A program made the position numbers and the translations under genes. A stretch of DNA of 64,000 bases from Marsupella aquatica (taxonomy: Eukaryota > Plantae > Marchantiophyta): the NCBI GenBank assembly GCA_973895155.1, contig OZ316899.1:5397241-5461240 (forward strand). Reading direction: 5' to 3'. The first letter of the stretch is position 1, and every line of letters starts with the position of its first letter. The notes beneath the pieces were generated by a model. That model worked only from the letters and a program-made list of their open reading frames with translations, was not told the DNA's origin and did not search any database. This document shows positions 40,197-50,959 of this stretch, piece by piece.

Positions 40197-41454
40197 TCAA
40201 GAACTATAATACATAGTTGCGCCACTTTTTAGAGTGGTCGTCATTCAAATTTGCAGGGCACAAAAATTAAAAAATCTGGTCAAAGGTAAGCAATAAAGCC
40301 AAAATGTGAATTGAGTTTAGTGTGAGTCAAAAAAAGTTGCACCAGTGCCCAAGACAAGCAAGAATAATCACACGAGGCACACAAAAAAAGAAGTGAAAAA
40401 CTTTAACACAATGCACAAGGATCAATGCACAAGGATCAAGGAGTACACATCCATGCAAGTAAATATTGTACATATTCACATGCAAATTTGTATTGTACAT
40501 ATTCATTGTACATATTTCAATATTGTGTGCATCATAATTTTGTATAATATTGGTAAGATTCCATAAAAGTAATTTAATTGCTAATAACATTTTAGTCACT
40601 AGATCAATAAAAAAATTATTCTCCCAATATTTGTGGTGATTTTTATAGTCATTTGCAGTGTCATTTTCAATGCCAGAAAAACAAAAGTAATAAGGCCCAA
40701 AGACATAGTGAAAGGCATGGCATGGGTGTTGATGGCAAGGTCTTAGGCGAGGGGCACACTCGCAATGTAGGGTAGCCCCTCGATCTCACATGGGTGGGGA
40801 AGGGGGCCGGTGAACGAGTGGAGTGATGGTGAATGTGAAAAAGAGAAGACAAAAATAGGAAAAGGGGAAAAGGGCAAGGTTAAGGTTTGAAAGGAACAAT
40901 CTTTTTTCTTAACACATCTTTTGTGCAACGCACGGGTATTTTCCTGAACGATGTCTTGGCCGACACAACATCTTTTTTCTCAACAACATCTTGGGCGACA
41001 TGACAATTGTTTTTTAACTACATCTTGGCCAACACGACATCTTTTTTCTCAATGACTTCTTGGCCAAGACGACAACTTTTTCACAACAACCTCTTGGCTG
41101 ACACGATATCTTTCTTTCTCAACGATTTCTTTTCTCTCAATGAATGAGACCTTTAGGGCGACTCGACATAATTTCTCTCCACGACCTCTTGGCCGACATA
41201 TCTTTTTTTCTCAATGACATCTTGGCCAACATGACTTCTTTCTCTCAACAACCTCTTGGGCGACACGACATCTTTTCTCTCAACGACCTCTTGGGCGACA
41301 ACATTTTTTCTCTCCAAGACCTCTTGGCCAACACATCTTTTCTCTCCACGACCTCTTGGCTGACATGACATCATTTTTTGTCAACGACATCTTGGCCGAC
41401 ACGACATCTTGGCCGACACGACTTCTTTTGTGCAACGCACAGGTATTGAGCTAG
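40197..41454 (+). mobile_element. Probable non-autonomous Helitron
   Basis: 3' GTGCAACGCAC hairpin followed by CTAG|T at 41451-55. The 5' A|TC start at 40197 is a guess. Confidence 0.55.
40945..41425. repeat. ~33-bp tandem array (CTTGGCCGACACGACATCTTTTTTCTCAACGAC-like)
   Basis: Roughly 14 degenerate units. Confidence 0.85.
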
Positions 41455-41815
41455 TAAAATTATATTACTTATGGTGGGACCTACCATGTCAATGTTTTTT
41501 CCTATGGCATTCACTGGTAAATGTTTGTGTGTGTGATTTTGGGGACACTATTTTCCAGAAGTATGTTGGTGATTCCGGACTCACTTATCATTAGACAACA
41601 ATTGTTGCCATGTTAGTTGGTTCTAAGCTCTAGAATATAAATGAAGCGCAATGAATATTGCTTATTTTCAGATGTATCTGGTTTGAAGTAATGAAGTATT
41701 ATCCTGTTCCAATGACTTACTTTTCTTGGTAACAGCAACATATTCCTCATAACAACAACATTTTTTCTGTTACCAGAATTCTTGTTTTCCTGTTTCCTGT
41801 CTTGGTGGCTATACC

Positions 41816-44700
41816 CCTCCACGATATTGCTGTAGGTCCTATCATAAAGACGTATCTTGTTTGTGACTTTGCATCGGTTGGGTCAGATAAGTATCTTGCA
41901 TCCGCGTATCCGGATAGTGTGAAGTCCGTCTTGTTAGGAAAAATAAGTCTACGGTCCATGGTGCCGTTCAGATAGCGCATGATTTGCTTGATCCCGTTCC
42001 AATGTCTGATGGTGGGCAATGAGCTATGGCGGGCTAATAGGTTAACTGCAAAAGCAATGTTCGGGCGGGTTTGAGATGCCAGGAAGAGCAGTGCGCCTAT
42101 TGCCGACAAGTAGAGCTTTTTGGAGCCAAGTAGTGGCTCCCCCTTTGTTCTTTTGCAAAATATATCTTTGTCTTTGTCCAGTGACCGAAGGTCCATGGGA
42201 GATCTGACTGGTTTTGCCGTGTGCATCTTAAATTGCTTCAGCATTCGGCGGGTGTATGTCGATTGGTGGAGGAGTATTCCTTGGGGGATATATTCAAACT
42301 GTAGGCCGAGGCAGAAAGCAGTTCTACCTAGATCCCTGGTCTCGAATACTCTATTCAGTTTTCTTATTGTGTCCTACAGGATCTTTGTTGTGCCGAATAA
42401 GTTGAGATCGTCCACGTAGATGGCCACAATTATGATCTCATTTCCTTTGTGTTTAATGAATAGGCAGGGGGTAAGATCAGAGGTCTTAAATCCCATTGCC
42501 AGCATCTCATTTTTGAAGTGCCTATACCAGGTATGTCCGCTTTGTTTCAAGCCATACATAGATCTCAGGACTTGGACAGCAAATTGAGTTCTTGCAATAA
42601 GTGCTTTCTGGTCTGATGCTTTCCATCCAATCGCTTTGGCGGTAGTAAGTAGTACTGCCTTGTTTGTATGGCCAAAGGGCCTCCATTGTTGGTTGTATTC
42701 TCTTGTTGTTTCTGCTCCCCCTGAAGATGGCAGGCCACTTGAGTTAGTAATTCAGGGGGGGCTCCATGTATATAATGTTGTCCAGGTCGCCATATAAGTA
42801 AGCAGTGACAATGTCCAATTGGTGCATCATTAAGTTGTAATGAATAGCGAATGCAATCAAGTATCTATATGTAATGACATCCATGACGGGAGAATAAGTT
42901 AGATCGTAGTCTCTGCCTGGGATCTGGGTAAATCCCTTGGCTACTAGGCGGGCTTTGTATCTCACGATCTCTCCTTGAGCATTTTTCTTCTTAATGAATG
43001 TCCATTTGTAGCCGGTCAGGTGCGTATCAGGTTGTGCTCCAAGTGGACGTCCCCTTTTCTTCCTTGGTTTGATTGTTGCTGCTGGTTGAGTGTCTATATC
43101 TATCCTAGAGGGGGCGTTCATTGTTGGAACGTGGGACCGGGTCACCTTTGCCACATCCGCAAATGCGTCGGGTAGCTCTTCAATTACTCTGGTAAGGTGT
43201 AGTATCCGTTGGACCTCCGTGTCAGTTTAGGGCTGTCCTCGGGTCGTTCCAAAACTGTGAGCTAATTTGCCATGCAAGCTCCTTGTTTATGGTTTCTGGT
43301 ACTTAGTTTTGGGAATATTTCCTCATAGAAGTGGCAGTCGGCAAATCTTGCCTTGTATACATCAGCAGTGGTGGGTTCAAAATATCTTATGATTGATGTA
43401 GAATCAAATTCGATATAGATACCCTTTTGCCTTTGGGGTCCAAGTTTAGTTCTCTTGGGTCCCATGATGGGTACCAGGACTTGGCAGCCAAATGTGCGGA
43501 GGTGTGCCAAGTTGGGTGATACTCCAAATGCCAGGTGATGAGGTGAGCTAGCATTGAAAGTGGGTGGTCGATATCTTAATAGGGCCACAACATGTAGAAT
43601 GGCGTGGCCCTAGGCTGATGGTGGTAAACTAGTTTGCATTAGTGGTCTTGCTATGGTTTGGAGCCGTTTAATCAGGGATTCGGCTATCCCATTTTGGAAA
43701 TGAACATAAGCTATAGGGTATTCGACTTCTATCCCGGTTGCTATGCAGAAGTTGTCAAATGTCTGGGATGTAAATTCCCCAGCATTATCAACTCTTAATG
43801 TCTTGATGGGGTGGTTGGGAAACTGTGCTTTTAATCGCAGGATGTGAGCTAACAGTCGGGAGAAAACTAAGTTGCGTGTGGAGAGGAGGGATACTTGAGA
43901 CCACTTGGGGAGGCATCGATGGTATCCAGGAAGAATTGGAAAGGGCCACTGGGGGGATCAACAGGGCCACAGACATCTGCGTGGATTCGCTCTAGGAAAC
44001 GTGGGATGTGCTTGTCTGTGGTGGATGGAGATGGCCTCATTGTAAGTTTGCCTTGAGAGCAGGCTAGGCATTGGGCTTTCATCAAGGTTGGGTGTACAGT
44101 GGTTGGTATTCCTTTTGTGTCATTGATGATCTTGTGGAACATACGTGTGCCTAGGTGCCCCAAGCGGCGGTGCCATATCTCAGTATGGCTCAGTGCATGG
44201 GTATTTGCGTGGAAAGTCTATATCTTAATGGCATAAAAGCCCATTGGGAAAGCTATTAGAGTTTCCTTTATCTCTATGCCTTTGTGGGTCATAGCTACAA
44301 TGTGTAGTACCTCTCGGGAATTGTGGATACTAGTATGGATGTGCAGGCCATTTTCACAAATGTCTTTAGAGCTCAGTAAGTTACGTGTAGCCTTCGGGGC
44401 ATAGATGGCAGATTGGATGTGGATTACAGTGCCCTTAGGTAGTATTAGTTTTGCAGGGCCGTTTCCTTCTTCTAGCTGGTGGTGTCCCATTATTGTTGTG
44501 ACTCTCCTTTGGGATGGGGTAATATGTTTGAAGTAGGTTTTAGTTCTTAAAATCAAATGGGAAGTCCCGCTGTCTAGTATGCAACAGTTAGGATCTTCCA
44601 AGGCTTTAGACATCTCTAACTGAAGAACGGTGTGTATTTCGGGTAAAATTTCTGGAGTTTCTAGGAATGTTCCGTGGGTTTCGTATTCTTCAGCATTCAA
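41816..44700 (-). pseudogene. pol: Copia pol (protease, integrase, RT), disrupted
   Basis: CILDSGTSH; RIHADVCGP; RYKARLVAKGFTQ; MYGLKQSG; IYVDDL. Confidence 0.93.
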
Positions 44701-44826
44701 ATTCTTTTGGTATAGGGCTACAAGGTGGGCTGGAGCTCGGCATGTCTTCTTAATATGCCCTTTTGTCCCACATCTATGGCAAATAGGTGGGTTATCAAAC
44801 TTATCTGAATTGGTGGTGTTCCTTGT

Positions 44827-45573
44827 CTAGTTGTTGCGGAATCTGCCCGGATTTGGTTGGCCTCGGCCCCTATCTCCACGGAACAAACCTCTTCCGCCTC
44901 GTTGAAAAGAGTTACCACGGCCACGGAAGGTGTTCCTTCCTCTGCTGCTCCCTCTCCCCCTTGATGAGGTGCTCGATCCGCGTCTCCATGTGTTGAAATG
45001 AGTTTCAGGTTGGGTTTGAGGTGGTAGAGTGCCGGGAGGTCGCTGCTTGGTATTCTGCAACAATAGGATTTGGTATTTCTCTGCCAGCAACATGTGGACA
45101 ATTAGTTCCGAGTATGTGGTGAATCGCATGTTTTGATATTGAGTGGATAGTACCAGGTTTGTTGAGTGAAAGGTCGATAGGGTCTTCTCAATTTGTTCTT
45201 CTTCATTGATTGGGTGGCCACATATAGTCAATTGGGAGACGATTTGGAACAATTCGCTATTGTATTTGGCAATGGTCTTATGGTCCTGTACTCGGAGATT
45301 AATCCAGTCATGCCGAGCTGCTGGCAGAAATATTGTTCGAGTATGATCGAATCTGGCGTGCAGTTTGTCCCAAAGGACTCGAGGGTTGTATGCATTCATG
45401 TATTGGCGTTTCAAGGAGTCGGCAAGATGGTGCCGGATTAGGATCAATGCCTTGGCCTTCTCCTGGAGGGTGGGGCCATTATCAGTTAGGATTGTGTCCT
45501 CTAAATTCTTAGATGCTAGATGTGCCTTGATGTCTAGGGTCCAACATAAGAAATTGGCACCATTGATAGACAA
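44827..45573 (-). CDS. gag: Copia (Bianca-type) gag
   Basis: ARHDWINLRVQD..YNSELF..IEKTLSTFH, an RGG-rich tail, and a CCHC knuckle just downstream. Confidence 0.88.
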   Translation of the reverse strand: MSINGANFLCWTLDIKAHLASKNLEDTILTDNGPTLQEKAKALILIRHHLADSLKRQYMNAYNPRVLWDKLHARFDHTRTIFLPAARHDWINLRVQDHKTIAKYNSELFQIVSQLTICGHPINEEEQIEKTLSTFHSTNLVLSTQYQNMRFTTYSELIVHMLLAEKYQILLLQNTKQRPPGTLPPQTQPETHFNTWRRGSSTSSRGRGSSRGRNTFRGRGNSFQRGGRGLFRGDRGRGQPNPGRFRNN

Positions 45574-48500
45574 CGCTTGAAAAATATAATTTCTCGATTG
45601 TATTTGCAGTCATTGTGTCCCGTGGGTAAATTTGTCAATGGAGGATTATATATATCTGCACTCGGCGTGGTGTATTGTTGTTGAACGATGGGCAGAAATT
45701 GTGGAATGAAGTTGTTTTGATTTGTTGTGATCTTGATTGGTAAACTGGATTGGAGATTGATGATGTCGGCACTGTGGGTCCTGTTTGCATGGTAATTAGG
45801 CCGCTTCAATTCCCTATTCTTTCCCTGGTAATTTGATATTGAATGTCAATTAAAGATCGATTGCTCGGGGTAGATCTCCCTCCATCCATCAAACAAAATT
45901 CTCCACAGATCCCACAGTCCCGTAAGCCAAATTCTCCTTAGCAAGATGAAGCTCCATTCAAAAAAAATTTGGGTGAGTCAGCTCGTGCTGATAACATGTT
46001 CAACATCACAAATCATACCCCACACTTTACTCATCCAATACTTTATGTATATTGGGTTGTTGTTGAGGCGGTTGGTGGTATAACCGCCTTATGTGTCCTA
46101 ACCTTAGGTAGACCTATCCTAGGGGTTATAACAATAATCAACTTTTAAAACATAACAAAACAACCAAAAGCCTATGGCATAAAGATAGTATTAGGCGAGT
46201 CTTAACTGTCTCTTCTCCTCTTGCCACTTAGCAATCTAGGACTAAGTTTGGCATTATTAAGAGTCCAGAGAGAATTTGACTAAGTTAGGCTAATGCCTAA
46301 AGCTAATCTTCAAAACCAACCATCTAAGAATTTGTAAAAGATATATGAAAGTAACCTAGTATTAACTTTATGACCATGTGATAACATCTGAACAGACTTC
46401 CTCTTTTAATCAACTCTCTAGATTTCTCTTTTGGATCTATGGAAATTGTGAGTTCTTGTCTGGCGCATCTTCCAAAAATACTCAATAGAACACAAATATT
46501 CCAAGCACACAAGTCAATTCAGATCTTTGCATGAACTCAAACATGCGTTTTCAGTCAATCTGAATATTGGCATGGCATTGCTGATCACATCAAACAAATT
46601 TCCAGCAAGTATGGTCACGCACTAAATTCCAAACACAAGTCATAGATTACCAAAGGTAATTATGGAATCTATTACTTCTCTTGAATTACTTCAAAGAAGT
46701 AGACTTTCAAAAGTGCAATGTAAATCTAAATGTCAAGGAAGAAACTCTCTCTTATATAGTAGAGAGATCCCCTTGAGAAAATGTATGAAAAGACATGTCT
46801 TTTCATGATGTCAAAACTGATAAGGTTTACTAGATAAAACTAATTACACTAGGTGAAAGGGGAGAGCATATTGCTTCCTTCCTTTTCCTACAAAAACATG
46901 GAAAATGGTCGAAACAAAGGCTAAAAACCTATTTCTAGTTCAACCTCCTTGGGACTATCAGAATCCGGTTCAACTGTCTTTGGGTTTAACTATGGCATCA
47001 AGGATCTATGATCCTCCAGGAATCTCTCGAGTGACAGTGGGGGTAGAAGCTTGACTCTTGGCTTTCTTAGCAGATTGGGGTTGCAGATTCTTCATGGCGG
47101 TTCTGCCGGATTTTTGCAAGCGATGGCCGGTTCATTTGTGTAGGTAAAATGTAGGAGTGAAATAGTAATCACAATGATGATTGAGTCTCTCCATCTTCCA
47201 TTGAATGGGTACATCTTTTCATAATATCCTTTCATACTTAGTCAACCGTTTTGATTGGTTAAGGTCCATTGCCATGGATCATACTTCCTATTGATCCGCC
47301 CTAAAGCTTGGCTCTTCCCATGATCCAAACATCTCCTAATGCTAGTTTGAGTCCTTAGTGTGCACCACTAGGTCAACGCATTGCCTTTGCTAGTGCAATG
47401 CCTCCTTGCCCACAAGTCTCCCCATACTTAGTTCCTACCGAATGGCCATCCCGGGGACTTGGACTATAGAGGAGATTGCATCAAAGTTAGCAATGCTAGA
47501 GCTAAGTGGTAGGGTAGTCAGTTCCTCAACTTCCTATCTATGTTATCCACTAATTCAAATGGGTGAGCAACACCTCATCCTCTAAACCTATTTGTTAGAG
47601 TGATTGCAAGTTGCAATACTCGTCAACCACTTTTCTATTTCCTGGCAGGAGATAACTCCTACCACCCGTTTCCCCAACATTTGTGGCATTCTTGCCACCG
47701 AGACTAATAGCATGCACTTGGTGCTTTCATTTTCATGTTGATGATATAATTTCTCCAGCAATAATTGAATGCAATCTTGTCTCTTCACCTTCTCCGCTCA
47801 AGTCACAATCATCAACGACCAGATTATTTGTATGGGTCTGATTGCCAATATTGGGCCTAATGGTATCAGGACATCTTTGATGTATTTAATTCTCAATAGC
47901 AATTGCATTCCCAATACTGGTACCTTGGGGGTTTCCTTATACGGAGGCTCCCCATCACCTGCAACAATTTTAGGCATTGGACCCCTAAAATCTAAGAAAT
48001 GTTTTTTTCAACCCATTTAAAAGTTGGAATATTCCAAAATTTTGGTTAATATGACCCTTGTGTTCTTGTTAATCTCAAAATTGGATTTAAATACCCTATT
48101 GTTCTTCTAAGATCATTCTTAAGTTTTCTTTTTGCACCAATAAAATGACTTTATCTTTTGTCGCATGTGATGTGCCATTTTTGTGAAAGTGAAACCCCCA
48201 AGATTGGTACTAACTACTGCAGGTCCTTTGGCTCTGACCAGGCCCCCTCCCTTCCTAGCCTTGGATTTGTTTGCTCCTACTGGCTCTTCTAGACTTCTTT
48301 CCCTTTGCTTGTCTCTCGCTCAAAGATGAAGTTGGGGACCTTGCCGCGGGGTGGTGATGGTGGTGGAGGCAATGTTGCCTTACCCTTGTCAGCAGCTCTA
48401 GCCTCTTCTACATCCTTTGCAAGCTCAAAAATGGTTTAAGCTTGATTTTTTAGCTGCTCTTGCATATGATTTGTAGTAGTTGTCTAAATTAGAAAATTAG

Positions 48501-50307
48501 AAATAATGGAAAAATTTTAAAAATTTCGTAGTTAGAAATAGATTAAACATAGTCAATTAATCTACTTTTAGATATAAGTAAGGTTAAGACTTAAGATAGG
48601 CGGATTAATGGACAATACCCTGAGTAATTAGGTAGAGGTGAGACAAGCCAGAGAGACTACTATCTATGTTCTTGAATCGCGAAAGGAAGATGTGTGCTGC
48701 AAAGTTTGACCGTGGGTTACAAAAAAGTGTTTTAGCGCAAAAGCGCAACGGCGTTTTGGGGGACAACACTCCGGAGCAAAGGCGGAAGGGCGCAACAGAG
48801 CAAAAGCGCAACAATGGATCAACTGGCTCAGATCTCTTTGGATCAATAGTTTGCAACGACGCCCCATCTCTTACTACTATGGCATTGATAGACGAAGGGG
48901 AAGAGATGACTGTGAAAGGAGTTCCTTTACCTAAGGCCGTTCCTGTGACATATCCTATGATGAAAAGAAGCTTGCACATCCTAAAGGAATCACTGGCAGT
49001 CATGCACCTGAGTAAATTACTCACTCTACCCTGGTCCGTAACTTCATTAAGTTTTCTGAGGGATTTCAGTGATGGATCGCGGATTGAAGTTGGTATGGTG
49101 GGAACTGCTCGAGCAAATCCAGAATTCTGGACTCTGCAATTTGTTGTTGATGCTTTTGACTGTCCCGCTGAAGGCGACAGCTTACACTCACGACAAGGAG
49201 AGATTGTCAGACCTTATTTTTCTAGAACTCAAAATGTTTGCCATGGATGAAAAATGGACCAGTGCATACTCTTAAAATCATTTTAGAGTTTTGATTCCAA
49301 TTCTCCATCCCATCCGATTGTGTGGAAAGCCTTTTCTGAGGAAGTGTTCTAAAGGAGTATTCAATCTACATTTTTCAAACCTTTTGAAACCTTTTAAGCG
49401 ACAAATGAAGTTATTTATAGAAGACAAAGGAGTTAAAGCTCTAAAACTGCTTTCACATTGAAGGATCCTTTTTAATCGACAATTGCTTTTACATCGGAAG
49501 AATCGTTCAGGCGTTTTTAGTTGGATTTTGATTCAACTTCTCTTAAACCGTTTTCCCTCTCCCTTTTTCTACCCGAGCTCATTAGATAGAACTTAGTTTA
49601 GCCAAAACTACTTTAGTTATCATTAGGCGATTTAATTTAGGAAAGTAGTTCAAACCACTTACCTCTTCAGATCTTCCATCAGTAGTTAGTTTTTAGGTAG
49701 TTAGGAAACCTTTCAGATCTCTTTGATCTGTGAGGGAGTATTACAATTGAACTCCCAGGCAAATTTGCCTTGTCATTTTTCTTTGGAAACGGTTTGTGAC
49801 CAAGTATGGGTCTTTTCCTCGTGCCAAATTGGGCGTAGGAGGGAGAATCGTTGAATAAGAAAATGCACCATTAAAATTTCACTATTGTTCATGAATTCCT
49901 CATTACTTTCTTGTAAACTTTGGAATGGGTGAACATCTTTTAAGAAAATGTTTCTTGAGTTTTGCATGGAAAATATGAGTAAATTCTGAAATCTAGAGTT
50001 TAGAGAATTGTAATGACACTCCTAATGTAAAACCGATCTCTATGGAGTATATGGAATTTAGGAGTGAAATGAAAATCAAACTTCTATGGAGAAAGAACGA
50101 TAATCAGAGAGATTCCATACCAAAACAATTAAACAGAAATATGTTATATGTCTTTTAGCAAGTATGATAAAATAGAGATCCTTTAAGATCTCAAAAACAG
50201 TAATACCATCATAAATCGATTTCCTTTATTCCTTACGGGAACGAATTCGAGTTTCTAAGATACATTTTATACAAGTTTCATCTAAAACACTTACCACATA
50301 TTCTTTT

Positions 50308-50325
50308 TGGCGCCGCTGCCGGGGA
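50308..50325 (+). promoter_or_regulatory. Primer-binding site, tRNA-Asp type
   Basis: TGGCGCCGCTGCCGGGGA, one mismatch from the Athila-type PBS. Confidence 0.85.
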
Positions 50326-50959
50326 ATAAATCAAGAAATCGAGTTATGAAGACAGCGGACTGAAGTTTCGCCAAGAGATTGGAAATTGAGAACAAATTGA
50401 ATCCTGAAGGTTGCGCCAAAGCTTAACAAATTGTTCGTGATGGAGGATGATTTGTGGATACCGCCCTTGGTGTTTAAGTTTGATGTACAACCATTCACCA
50501 TCAAGAATGCACCCAAAATGTATGTCAAAAGGATGACCAAGGTACTCCATCAAATCCTCAAAGAGGAAACGAATAACAGGGTGCAAGAAACCGAACCGTC
50601 AACCCTTGACGCCAAGAAGGAATCGTCTTGACGAAATGAATTGATAGACATATCAATTCATTGGTAATTAAGATTGACGAGTATCATAGGTTGCAAATGT
50701 TCCTGATCTAAGATAGTATTTAAGGATTTGATGTTGTGCGGTAGCAGGAATCGAATTCCGACAGCTTCAATTTAAATTGCTGAATGAGCAACGCGAATAA
50801 AAACGGTTACAAAATTTGGGGATTTTCAATTGCGCCAATGTGGTTTGGAATTCAGAATATATGGAGGAAGTCTGATACATAAATTTTTTATTTTTATTTT
50901 TTCTCATGGAGTACGTTCCTGAATGAATAATTAGAATTATGAAGTAAGGATGGATCTCT

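Larger units (their letters stand above)
25810..41815 (+). mobile_element. Complete non-TIR Mutator-like element (copy 3), ~10 kb net of nested inserts
   Basis: 9-bp TSD CCTCCACGA (25801-09 and 41816-24) duplicates the Copia SWR codons. Both termini start with G and share only patchy similarity (GGAAACA, CTGGTAAC). Confidence 0.92.
24615..46133 (-). mobile_element. Bianca-type Ty1/Copia, interrupted at the RT/RNase H boundary by the 16-kb MULE
   Basis: 137-bp LTRs at 45997-46133 and 24615-24751; TSD ATAAT; PBS TGTTATCAGCACGAG at 45982-45996; PPT at 24752-24762. Confidence 0.95.
24333..48471 (-). mobile_element. Probable large LTR-like element (segments 24333-24614 and 46139-48471) hosting the Copia and the LTR at 48472
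   Basis: TGTAAA at 24333 as a possible terminus. ATGAAAAGACATGTCTTTTCAT palindrome plus TATA-like box near 46750-46810, resembling the GAAAGGACATGCCC motif of the 4.5-kb LTR. Degenerate coding-like minus strand at 46940-48470. The other end is not visible. Confidence 0.45.
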
